Position numbers and translations under genes: made by a program. The notes beneath the pieces were generated by a model, which saw nothing but the letters and a program-made list of their open reading frames with translations, did not search any database and was not told the origin of the DNA. A stretch of 62,634 bases of DNA, the filler included. It is 9 parts of 9 records of this genome, joined end to end, with 100 filler letters (N's around TTAATTAATTAA, not from the genome) between each part and the next. Parts side by side here need not be neighbours in the genome. Positions count along the whole stretch, not along the records: positions 30,471 to 41,640 come from SRR20825010_7232; 8 more parts are not named here. One strand, given 5' to 3'. How positions within the stretch are numbered: the first letter of the stretch is position 1; each line of letters opens with the position of its first letter. Positions 31,132 to 39,536 of the stretch are shown in pieces.

Positions 31132-31992
31132 TCAGTCGGCGGGTCCCGTGGCGACGGGCAGCGTTGCAAATGCGCCCCACTCCGACCACGAGCCGTCATA
31201 AAGTGAATGGTCTGTCTTGCCGATGCGTTCCATCGCAAGGCTGAGGATCGCCGCCGTCACGCCCGATCCGCAGGTGGTGATCGCCGGTTTCGACAGGTCG
31301 ACGCCTGCGGCCTCAAACACGGCGCGCAGGGCGTCATTATCCCGCAGCGTGCCTGCCTCGGTCAGCAGGTCGCGGTAGTAGACGTTTTTCGATCCGGGGA
31401 TATGGCCGGCGCGCAGGCCCTCACGCGGTTCCGGTGCCTCGCCCGCGAAACGCGCCGGGGAGCGCGCGTCGATCACTTCGGTGTTCTTGAGCTTGGCCGC
31501 GGCAGAGACCTGTGTGACGTCGCGCACAAGGTGGGCCTGACGGCGGACGGTCATGTGACGGTCGCGCACGATCGGGTCCATGTCCTCGACCGCGCGGCCC
31601 TCGGCCTGCCATTTGGCAAAGCCGCCGTCCAGCACGGCGATGTCGTCCTTGCCCATCAGTTTGAACAGCCACCAGACGCGTGCAGAGGACAGGATTCCGG
31701 CGCCGTCGTAGACCACAACCTGATGGCCGTCGCCGACCCCCATGGCGCGCAAGCGCGACATGAACTTTTCGGCTGGCGGTGCCATATGCGGCAGATCCGA
31801 CCGGGCGTCCGAAATCTCATCAATGTCGAAAAAGCGGGCACCGGGGATGTGACCCGCAGTGTATTCCGCGCGCGCGTCCCGGCCCATATCGGGCAAGTAC
31901 CAGCTTGCGTCGAGCACCCGCAGATCGGGGTCATTGAGATGCTGCGCCAGCCACTCGGTCGAGACAAGCGTCTTGGGATCGTTGACGAACAT
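31132..31992 (-). CDS. sseA: 3-mercaptopyruvate sulfurtransferase (tandem rhodanese)
   Basis: LVSTEWL, GHIPGA, LDGG, active site CGSGVTA, LYDGSWSEW. Confidence 0.95.
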   Translation of the reverse strand: MFVNDPKTLVSTEWLAQHLNDPDLRVLDASWYLPDMGRDARAEYTAGHIPGARFFDIDEISDARSDLPHMAPPAEKFMSRLRAMGVGDGHQVVVYDGAGILSSARVWWLFKLMGKDDIAVLDGGFAKWQAEGRAVEDMDPIVRDRHMTVRRQAHLVRDVTQVSAAAKLKNTEVIDARSPARFAGEAPEPREGLRAGHIPGSKNVYYRDLLTEAGTLRDNDALRAVFEAAGVDLSKPAITTCGSGVTAAILSLAMERIGKTDHSLYDGSWSEWGAFATLPVATGPAD

Positions 31993-32104
31993 GGGTCCCC
32001 CTCAGACGTGATTACCTCGTGATTAGGCAAGAGGAAGACAGCTTGCAAGCGCGTCGCGCCGCGATCCGGTCCCCGGGGCGAAATTGCCGCCCCGGGCAGG
32101 CGTT

Positions 32105-32395
32105 TTACTTGGCAATCATGCCGCGTACGGCGCTGACGATCGCCAGAACCACGCCGCCACCGGCGCCGCCCGCCGCAACCTGACCGATGATCGCGCCGAT
32201 ATCCAGACCGCCAGCATCCCCCGATGCCCCTGCCAGATCGGGTGCGCCCAGCATGCCGAGAATCGTGGCCCCAAGGCCACCGCCGACGATGCCCGAAAGC
32301 GAGTTGATCAATGTGCCTTGGTTGATGTTCTTGACCAGTCCGCCTGCGACGTTGCCACCCACCGCGCCCGAGATCAGTGCAATAATCAGTTCCAT
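32105..32395 (-). CDS. Small Gly-rich membrane hypothetical protein
   Basis: MELIIALISGAVGGNVAG...GIVGGGLG...GGAGGGVVLAIV; GAGGG 7 nt before ATG 32395. Confidence 0.8.
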   Translation of the reverse strand: MELIIALISGAVGGNVAGGLVKNINQGTLINSLSGIVGGGLGATILGMLGAPDLAGASGDAGGLDIGAIIGQVAAGGAGGGVVLAIVSAVRGMIAK

Positions 32396-32501
32396 ATCCA
32401 TACCCTCTGCTTTGCCCACCATCGGACAGCGCATGCCTATCCCCAAGTGGCATGGCACGGCACGGGAATGCGCGCGATGCTTTCCCCGCGCCGGGTTCAC
32501 G

Positions 32502-33797
32502 TCAACGATGGCGCAGAAAGAAGCCCTCGACCATGTCCAGCGCGGCGTTCCGTTCGCGGTCGCGTTCCTTGTAGATCTCATGAAAGGCGCCGTTGATGGC
32601 TGAGAACTGGCACACATAGCCCTTGTCCGCCGCAAGGCTGGCGGCGTTCAGGTCGTCGCAGAACCGGGTGTGCCGGGACAGGTCCGGCGGCGCATCCAAA
32701 ACGCCGGGGTATTGCCGGTAGGCGCGCAGGTCACGCGTGCCGCTTAGCAGCAGGATCGGGGTATCGACCATGCGTTTCAGGCTTTCGGGCGCGCGCATGT
32801 CGCGCAGAAAGCGGACAGAATCGCGTGCCCATTTGTTGGTGGTGCCGCCGATCTGCGGCCCGTCCCAATTCTCACCGGCGTATTCCGCCGCGCGAATACC
32901 GCTCCAGTCAAAGCTGTCCCACATCCGCGTGCGCAAGGCAAAGCGGGCACGGCTGCGGGTCATCATCTCTTCTGCGTCCGGCTCAAACTGGCGGGAGCCG
33001 GGTTCATATGCGCCAAACGTCCGGGCCGAGGCGTAGTCGCGGCACAAGGCACCATTCCACAGCCAAGCAACGTTACAGCGCCACCAGCCCTGCACCGCGA
33101 CCCCGGTTTCGGAGTAGATCCGCAGGTTGAGCCACCGAGGCGGTTTCTCGGTGTAGCTGATGTAGTTCACATGGATCATCGCACTGACGAGCGCCGCCGC
33201 CGCGAATGGCGTCTCCCCATCGACCTTTTGAAAATAGCCGATGGCAATGGCGCCCCCCATCGAGTTGGAGGTCAGGAACAGCGGCAGGTCAGGCCGCGCG
33301 CCCAGCGCCAGCAGATCCGCCTCTACCGCGGCGACAAACTGGGTGAAATCCTGAATGTAATCGTCAAAATCCTCGACGTGGCTTTTGTCGGGGTCCTCCA
33401 GCAGGCGTGGGGACAAGCCCTGTCCGCGATGGTCGATCACATAGACGGGCGCAAAACCACGCGCGATGAAATCAATCGCAGTTTCGGCGTATTCATACGA
33501 TGGCTCGCTGCGGCCCGGCGCGATCACCAGCGCGCCCTTGGCCCCCGGCGCACAGCCAAAGCGGCTGTAGCGCAGGCGATAGCCGTCATGCGGCATGGTC
33601 AGGACGCGCCGTTCCCAGCCCGGCTGGGTGGTGGCCGGTTCAGTCGTGGTCTCGGTGCAATCGGCATCGCGCGAAAGATAGGCCAGCGTCTTTTCAAGGA
33701 CCGTGGCCTCATCCAACGCTGCCACCGGCACCGCAAATACTGTCAAAAGCAAAATCAGGAAATGTCGCAATGTCAAAGCGCCCCAAATCGTTCGCAC
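32502..33797 (-). CDS. Secreted alpha/beta hydrolase (lysophospholipase L2/PldB-like)
   Basis: Signal peptide, PGRSE, DHRGQGLS, nucleophile elbow SNSMGG, AFHEI; exact start uncertain. Confidence 0.82.
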   Translation of the reverse strand: MRTIWGALTLRHFLILLLTVFAVPVAALDEATVLEKTLAYLSRDADCTETTTEPATTQPGWERRVLTMPHDGYRLRYSRFGCAPGAKGALVIAPGRSEPSYEYAETAIDFIARGFAPVYVIDHRGQGLSPRLLEDPDKSHVEDFDDYIQDFTQFVAAVEADLLALGARPDLPLFLTSNSMGGAIAIGYFQKVDGETPFAAAALVSAMIHVNYISYTEKPPRWLNLRIYSETGVAVQGWWRCNVAWLWNGALCRDYASARTFGAYEPGSRQFEPDAEEMMTRSRARFALRTRMWDSFDWSGIRAAEYAGENWDGPQIGGTTNKWARDSVRFLRDMRAPESLKRMVDTPILLLSGTRDLRAYRQYPGVLDAPPDLSRHTRFCDDLNAASLAADKGYVCQFSAINGAFHEIYKERDRERNAALDMVEGFFLRHR

Positions 33798-33865
33798 CTG
33801 TGCAAACGGGTCAGTGACAGGAAATCACCTGACGCCACTCAACGTCAAGTAGATCAGTGCCTGGA

Positions 33866-34342
33866 TCAGTGACGCTCTTTCAAAAGGCGCTGTTTCTGGC
33901 GGGCCCAATCGCGCTTGGCCTCTGTCTCACGCTTGTCGTGGTTCTTTTTACCCTTGGCGATGCCAATCTTCATCTTGGCGATGCCCTTGTGGTTGAAATA
34001 CATGACCAGCGGGACCAGCGTCATGCCCTCACGCTTGGTGGCGTTCCACAACCGCGACAGTTCCTTTTTGGACACCAGCAGCTTGCGCCGGCGGCGTTCC
34101 TCATGGCTGAACATGGCCCGCTCGTACGGGGCGATGTAACCGTTCACCAGCCACAGTTCGCTTTCCTCGACCGCGGCATAGCTTTCGGTGATGTTGGTGG
34201 TGTTCTCGCGTAGGGATTTCACCTCTGACCCGGTCAGGATGATACCGCATTCGATATCGTCCTCGATCGCGTAATCATACCGCGCGCGCCGGTTCTCGGC
34301 GATTACCTTGTAGTTCGGGTCGGACTTGGGTTTCTTGGCCAT
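33866..34342 (-). CDS. smpB: SsrA-binding protein
   Basis: [37 protein letters not shown]. Confidence 0.97.
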   Translation of the reverse strand: MAKKPKSDPNYKVIAENRRARYDYAIEDDIECGIILTGSEVKSLRENTTNITESYAAVEESELWLVNGYIAPYERAMFSHEERRRRKLLVSKKELSRLWNATKREGMTLVPLVMYFNHKGIAKMKIGIAKGKKNHDKRETEAKRDWARQKQRLLKERH

Positions 34343-34394
34343 GGTCCGTCTAGATAGTCACGGATACCCGGCGTGTCCACTGGCTGCCATGCCC

Positions 34395-34751
34395 TCAACT
34401 GCCCCGGTAGGTCGAATATCCGTAGGGCGACAGCAGCAGCGGCACATGGTAGTGGGTTTCCTGCGCCATGCCGAAGCGGATCGGCACCTGATCAAGAAAC
34501 AGCGGATCGTCGCCCGCCTGCCCCGTCGCGCGCAGATAGTCGCCCGCAAAGAAGATCAGTTCATAATTGCCGGGCTTGAATTTGTCCTGCGGCAGGATGG
34601 GCGTATCGGTGCGGCCGTCGGCATTGGTGACCGCCTCGGCGATCTTGCGATGGGAATTGCCGGACACGCGGTACAAGAGGATCTTGATGCCCTCTGCCGG
34701 ACTGCCCCGTGCGGTGTCCAGAACATGCGTTGTCAGATAGCCGTCGCTCAT
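34395..34751 (-). CDS. uraH: 5-hydroxyisourate hydrolase (transthyretin-like)
   Basis: LTTHVLDTARG, TNADGR, HYHVPLLLSPYGYSTYRGS. Confidence 0.96.
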   Translation of the reverse strand: MSDGYLTTHVLDTARGSPAEGIKILLYRVSGNSHRKIAEAVTNADGRTDTPILPQDKFKPGNYELIFFAGDYLRATGQAGDDPLFLDQVPIRFGMAQETHYHVPLLLSPYGYSTYRGS

Positions 34752-34842
34752 GATCCTGTCCTTTTAGCGGGTCGGACACAGTCAGGCCCATCGGCGCGAC
34801 GCGGTCAAGTCCGGACCAGCACAAGCACACCGCAAGACAGGC

Positions 34843-34871
34843 AAAGGCCCCGGACTGAGGTGCCCGGGGCC
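34843..34871 (-). terminator. Probable terminator hairpin after 34922-35224
   Basis: GGCCCCGG (34846-34853) / CCGGGGCC (34864-34871) stem followed by TTT on the minus strand. Confidence 0.45.
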
Positions 34872-34921
34872 GTTTCCCCGCCTTGCGCGGGGCTGCTCGA
34901 CATTTTTTCGGCTGGAATTGC

Positions 34922-35224
34922 TTACCAGCAGCGGTTGTGGCGACCGTTGCCCCGGCGACAATTGTCGTGGCGACCGTTCCGCTGGTTCCATTTTCCGCCT
35001 TTGCGGTGATGGTTGCGGTACACTTTGCGTTGATTGTAGTGCTGATGCACAACACGGCCCCGATTGTTGTTCTCAAGCGCCTGACCAAGGATGTAGAGAC
35101 CGATCGCAGCCCCGACAAACCGCTTGGCGTTCTTGTTGTGCCCAGCCTCGACCGGCGAGGCAGCGGCCAACGACATGATGAGCGCGCCAGCGGCAAGCAT
35201 GGAGGTGAAGAGTCTTGCAGACAT
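34922..35224 (-). CDS. Secreted hypothetical protein with His/Arg/Asn-rich tail
   Basis: AAAGGA RBS, signal peptide ending VEA, NGRH repeats. Confidence 0.7.
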   Translation of the reverse strand: MSARLFTSMLAAGALIMSLAAASPVEAGHNKNAKRFVGAAIGLYILGQALENNNRGRVVHQHYNQRKVYRNHHRKGGKWNQRNGRHDNCRRGNGRHNRCW

Positions 35225-35422
35225 GGGTCAATTCCTTTCGACTGAATGCATGCGAGTCCTGTCAAGTCAGGGACTCCGCACCCCAAGGTCGCTCTGATCC
35301 GACCAGCCGGGCAATATCAGGCCCCTGATATTGGATAACCGCTGTGCCAGCCCCTTCTCGTTATTGAATTTCTCGGGTTGAACAGGCAGGTTGAAACCAT
35401 GTTCCAGATTGGTCGCATCATC

Positions 35423-35716
35423 ATGCCCTCCCCCCTATTGCGCCGCCTTTTGGCGGCCTTGGTGCTAGTCGCGCTTGCCCTGCCCAGCGCCGCCGCCGCG
35501 GATTGCTATGTGCATTACAAGGCCAAGCGCACCAATCCATACGGCCTGCATTATGGAATCGTTCGGGTGTCCGGGGGATGCCCATCGTCGCCCGGTGGGC
35601 TTGTCCAGTCCCGGATTTCCTCCGGTGGCTGGACCATATTGAACGTGGTAAAGGTAACGACCTCTCCGCCAAGCTCATCGGAAAAACGCAGTGCAGGCTC
35701 ACACTATTACCGCTAG
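35423..35716 (+). CDS. Small secreted hypothetical protein with two Cys
   Basis: Signal peptide ...AAAA|DCYVHYKAK...LHYG...CP...GGWTILNV. Confidence 0.78.
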   Translation: MPSPLLRRLLAALVLVALALPSAAAADCYVHYKAKRTNPYGLHYGIVRVSGGCPSSPGGLVQSRISSGGWTILNVVKVTTSPPSSSEKRSAGSHYYR

Positions 35717-36395
35717 CGAAAGCCGCCGGTCCGGCGCACGGATCGTCACCGGGGGTATCATTGCCATCGTGGCGATTCTGGCCATTGCCGGGGTGCTGCT
35801 GATCTTTACCCTGCCCGACGCCAATGCGTTCAACGGGCGGGTCGAGCAGATCTTTGTCGAGAACGACAACCTGACCAGCCAAGCCGAGGTTACGCTGCTG
35901 GAGATCCTCGCCCAGTCCGGCACCGCGTTTTCCGACGTGTTGGCCAGCTATCGGCTGGTGATCTATGTGCTGTTGGTCTTTGCCGCCGCCTTGCTGGTGG
36001 CGGCGCTGGTCTTTCTGCTCATGCTGGTGACGTTGAACCGGCGCATGGCGCAGATCGAACGGTCGGGGATCGAGGTCAGTTCGCTGATCATTTCGCGTGA
36101 GGAAAACACGGTTTACCTGAACACGATGGGATTCAAGCTGACCGAGGCGATGATGGAAACGCTGTCGGTGCTGGCAGAGGCGCGGCTGGACGATGAGATG
36201 TTGTCCGGCAGCCAGATTGAAGCGGTGATTTCCGGCAAGGCCGAGGCCGACTGTGATGAGGCCGCAGGTGCCACCCGGATCAAGCGGCTGCGCGACGGGC
36301 TGGGCAATCAGATGGTCAGCGAACTGCTGGTCAAGAACATCGCCCGGCGCGGCTATATGCTGGCCATCGACAAGGGTGTGATCGAGATGGTGTAG
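35691..36395 (+). CDS. Two-TM membrane protein with C-terminal winged-helix-like DNA-binding domain
   Basis: Two hydrophobic helices flank a short loop; C-terminal ATRIKRLRDGLG...VKNIARRGYML resembles the OmpR-type recognition helix and wing. Confidence 0.78.
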   Translation: MQAHTITASESRRSGARIVTGGIIAIVAILAIAGVLLIFTLPDANAFNGRVEQIFVENDNLTSQAEVTLLEILAQSGTAFSDVLASYRLVIYVLLVFAAALLVAALVFLLMLVTLNRRMAQIERSGIEVSSLIISREENTVYLNTMGFKLTEAMMETLSVLAEARLDDEMLSGSQIEAVISGKAEADCDEAAGATRIKRLRDGLGNQMVSELLVKNIARRGYMLAIDKGVIEMV

Positions 36396-36406
36396 CGCCG
36401 CTGCCG

Positions 36407-37327
36407 CTATGTCAGCGGCACCAGCGCCCCTTTGTGGCCGATCACCTTGGCCGCCACCCGCGCGCCGGACAGGATTGCCTGATCCACTGGCAGACCCGAT
36501 GCGCGCCCGGCCAGAAATCCGGCATTGAAACTGTCGCCCGCAGCGGTCGTATCGACCACTGCCTGTGCGACGGGCGGCGTCACCACGCCCTGCCCGCCAC
36601 CGCTGCGATAGTGAACCGGCCCGGCCCCGTTCTTGACGATGACCGTTTCGGCTCCGGCGCGCAGATAGCGGTCCGCCGTGGCGTCCGGATCGGCATCGCC
36701 GAAATGGACGGCCTCATCGTCGAAGGACGGCAACACGATGTCGCTGACCTGCGCCACGGCCATGATGGTCTGCGTCATCTCTGGTATCGTAGCCCAGAGC
36801 CGGGGCCGCAGGTTGGAATCGAAGGCAATTGTGCGGCCCGCTCGACGGGCCTGCGCCACGGCGTCCAGCAGCGTTGCCCGTCCTGCGGCGTCAAGGATCG
36901 CCAGCGTGATCCCCGAGAAATAGATCAGGTCGGTCTCTTCCATGGCGCGGTCCAGCGCCCCCCGGTCGCTTGCCAGCAGTCGCGCGGCAGAGCTGTCGCG
37001 CCAATAGGAAAAGCTGCGTTCGCCGTCCTTGAGGCTGATGAGATACATGCCCACCGACCGTTGGGGATCGGCGGCGACAAATGTCGTATCGACCCCGGCG
37101 GCGCGCATCATCGTGGTCATGCGGTCCGACAGGCTGTCCTGCCCTACGCGGCTAAAGTACCGCACCTCTGCCTCTGTCAAAAGCTGGCGCAGATAAAAGG
37201 CGGTGTTGAACGTATCGCCCGCAAATCCCAGACGCAGCTGGTCAGCCGAGTCGCCGGGGGCCAGTTCGGCCATACACTCGCCAATCGCGAGAAACCGCAG
37301 AGGCGCGGGTGTGGTGCTCTGGGTCAT
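36407..37327 (-). CDS. kdgK: 2-keto-3-deoxygluconate kinase (PfkB family)
   Basis: IGECMAEL, AGDTFNTA, ERSFSYWR, FDSNLRPRLW, VDTTAAGDSFNAG. Confidence 0.93.
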   Translation of the reverse strand: MTQSTTPAPLRFLAIGECMAELAPGDSADQLRLGFAGDTFNTAFYLRQLLTEAEVRYFSRVGQDSLSDRMTTMMRAAGVDTTFVAADPQRSVGMYLISLKDGERSFSYWRDSSAARLLASDRGALDRAMEETDLIYFSGITLAILDAAGRATLLDAVAQARRAGRTIAFDSNLRPRLWATIPEMTQTIMAVAQVSDIVLPSFDDEAVHFGDADPDATADRYLRAGAETVIVKNGAGPVHYRSGGGQGVVTPPVAQAVVDTTAAGDSFNAGFLAGRASGLPVDQAILSGARVAAKVIGHKGALVPLT

Positions 37328-37372
37328 GATCCCTCACATTTCGAGTTGTGCCGCCGCGCCGGGGCAAGGCGG

Positions 37373-38116
37373 TCAGCTGAACAGCGTGCCGCCATTGATG
37401 TCGACGTTTGTCCCGGTGATGAACCCGGCCGCATCGCTGGCCAGAAAACACACCAGTTCTGCCACATCGTCAGAGGTGCCCTGACGCCGGGCGGGTGCTG
37501 TGGCCTCTAGCGCGCGGCGCGCTTCGTCCTTGGTGAAGATGTTGTGGAAATCGGTGTCGATCATGCCCGGACAGACCGCGTTGACGCGAATGTTTGGCCC
37601 CAGTTCCTTTGCCAGACCACGAGTCAGGGTCATAACCGCGCCCTTGGAGGTCGCGTAGGCCACCGCACCGCCACCGCCGCCGTCGCGCCCGGCCTGACTG
37701 GCAAGGTTGACGATAGCGCCCGTTTTCATGTGCGGCAGGCACGCCTTGATCATCAGAAAGGTGCTGGTCAGGTTCAGGTCCATCACGGCCTGCCAGTGGT
37801 CCAGCGACATCTCAGAGATCGACTTACGGGCAATCAGACCGCCCGCGTTGTTCACAAGAATGTCGACGCCGCCGAATTCCTCGACGGTCTTTGCCACCAG
37901 CGCCGACACGCCCTCTGGCGTTGTCAGATCACCTTTCAGGGCAAAGGCTTTGCCCCCGCTGGCAGTGATCTCTTCGACCACCTTGTTGGCCCCGGCATCG
38001 CTGGCGAAATAGTTGATCGCAACATGTGCGCCCTCTGCGGCCAGACGTTTGGCACATGCGCCGCCGATGTCCCGGCCTCCGCCAGTGACAATCGCGACTT
38101 TCCCTTTGAGTTTCAT
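37373..38116 (-). CDS. Short-chain dehydrogenase, probable DEH reductase of alginate catabolism
   Basis: TGGGRDIG, NNAGGL, YATSK; cluster context. Confidence 0.85.
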   Translation of the reverse strand: MKLKGKVAIVTGGGRDIGGACAKRLAAEGAHVAINYFASDAGANKVVEEITASGGKAFALKGDLTTPEGVSALVAKTVEEFGGVDILVNNAGGLIARKSISEMSLDHWQAVMDLNLTSTFLMIKACLPHMKTGAIVNLASQAGRDGGGGGAVAYATSKGAVMTLTRGLAKELGPNIRVNAVCPGMIDTDFHNIFTKDEARRALEATAPARRQGTSDDVAELVCFLASDAAGFITGTNVDINGGTLFS

Positions 38117-38141
38117 GACCTGTCCTTCCTGTCCCTGTGGT

Positions 38142-38167
38142 CTGACCCGCTGCGCGCAGCGGGTCAG
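38142..38167. repeat. Perfect 26-bp intergenic palindrome
   Basis: CTGACCCGCTGCG|CGCAGCGGGTCAG. Confidence 0.9.
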
Positions 38168-38212
38168 TTTTGGTAAGCTGAATTGGCTCCAGCTTGACAC
38201 AGTTCGCGTGGG

Positions 38213-39094
38213 TTACTTGGCGAGCTTCAAGAAATAATCGAATATTTCCGGGACGTTGCCGTCGCCCATACCCGCATCGACAGCGGCCTGAAGGTTATGT
38301 GAGGTGCCTTCTGCGATCTCGGCGCGGGTGCCCAGATCCTCTGCCATCTTGAGGAAATACCCCAGATCCTTGTTGGCATTGTTCAGCGAGAACCCCAGAT
38401 CACTGACCCCGTCGACGGCGTAGTTCTTGCAGAACCCCATGAAGGGCGAGTTGGACGGACCCGTCGACATGATGTCGTACAGCTGCTGGCGGTCGACACC
38501 GGCGCGGTCGGCCACGGCAAAGGCCTGGCTCATGGTGCAGACGGTGGTCATGCCCATGAAGTTGTTGACCAGCTTGGTCACATGACCGTTGCCCAGCGCG
38601 CCAAGATAAAAGATGTTTTCGCCCTGCTCTTCGAGCACCGGCTTGACCTTTTCAAAGGTCTCCTTGTCGCCCCCCACCATGATGTTCAGCAGGCCGTCCG
38701 TGGCATGTGCCGGGGTCCGGCCCAACGGCGCGTCCAGCATGGCCGCGCCCTTGGCGGCCAGATCGGCACCGATCTTGCGGGTCGAGGCGGGGATGGAGGT
38801 GCCGAAATCGATCAGCACGGTACCCTCTTTGATGCCTGCCAGAATGCCGTTGTCGCCATAAACCAGCTTTTCGACCACCTCGGAGGTGGTCAGGCACAGC
38901 ATCACGATGTCGCTGGCCGCTGCCAGTTCCTTGGGCGAGGTCGCCTCACGCGCGTTGCCGCGGTCGATCACTGCCTTCACGGCATCCTTGTTGAGGTCCA
39001 TCACGACCATTTCGAACCCCCGCTTTTGCAGGTTTTCCACCATGTTGCCGCCCATGAGGCCGAGGCCGATGAATCCGATGACGGGTTTGGTCAT
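38213..39094 (-). CDS. NAD(P)-dependent beta-hydroxyacid dehydrogenase family oxidoreductase
   Basis: IGFIGLGLMG, DAPLGR, GHVTKLVNN, KDLGY. Confidence 0.88.
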   Translation of the reverse strand: MTKPVIGFIGLGLMGGNMVENLQKRGFEMVVMDLNKDAVKAVIDRGNAREATSPKELAAASDIVMLCLTTSEVVEKLVYGDNGILAGIKEGTVLIDFGTSIPASTRKIGADLAAKGAAMLDAPLGRTPAHATDGLLNIMVGGDKETFEKVKPVLEEQGENIFYLGALGNGHVTKLVNNFMGMTTVCTMSQAFAVADRAGVDRQQLYDIMSTGPSNSPFMGFCKNYAVDGVSDLGFSLNNANKDLGYFLKMAEDLGTRAEIAEGTSHNLQAAVDAGMGDGNVPEIFDYFLKLAK

Positions 39095-39133
39095 GCCGTG
39101 TACTCCCTAGATTTTATTATGATGTTTGATGGT

Positions 39134-39466
39134 TCAGAGAAAATCTTCGCGGTGCGGCGTGAAGATATCCAACAGCGTGCCTGCCTCTAGGCAGGTTGCG
39201 CCGTGTTCGATGTTGGGCTGTTTGTACAGCGAGTCGCCCGCGCCGATGACATAAGTCTCATCGCCGACGGTAAATTCGAACTTGCCCGAGATAACGTAGG
39301 TGATCTGTTCGTGCGGGTGACTGTGGCGCGCCGCCACTGTGCCGGTTTCAAAATGCACCTCGACGCACATCACGTTGTCATTATGCGCGGCGACCTTTCG
39401 AGTCAGCCCGCCCCCTGCATCGAACAATTTGTTTTCGTTGCCGGGAAAGTAGTTTTTCACAGTCAT
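39134..39466 (-). CDS. kdgF: Cupin protein, KdgF-like
   Basis: HSHPHEQITYV...EHG...DIFTPHREDFL; adjacent to an alginate lyase. Confidence 0.85.
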   Translation of the reverse strand: MTVKNYFPGNENKLFDAGGGLTRKVAAHNDNVMCVEVHFETGTVAARHSHPHEQITYVISGKFEFTVGDETYVIGAGDSLYKQPNIEHGATCLEAGTLLDIFTPHREDFL

Positions 39467-39536
39467 TTCACATATCCACGCAGTAGAGTTCGGTCAGGCA
39501 CCGGAGGGAAGGCCCGATGCCACTGATCGCAACAAG

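Noticed and set aside
32072..32096. GC hairpin CCCGGGGCG/CGCCCCGGG
   Set aside because: Ordinary intergenic stem-loop without a U-tract on the transcribed strand; not informative.
33866..34400. tmRNA or a prophage attachment site near smpB
   Set aside because: No tRNA-like ends, tag peptide or integrase seen.
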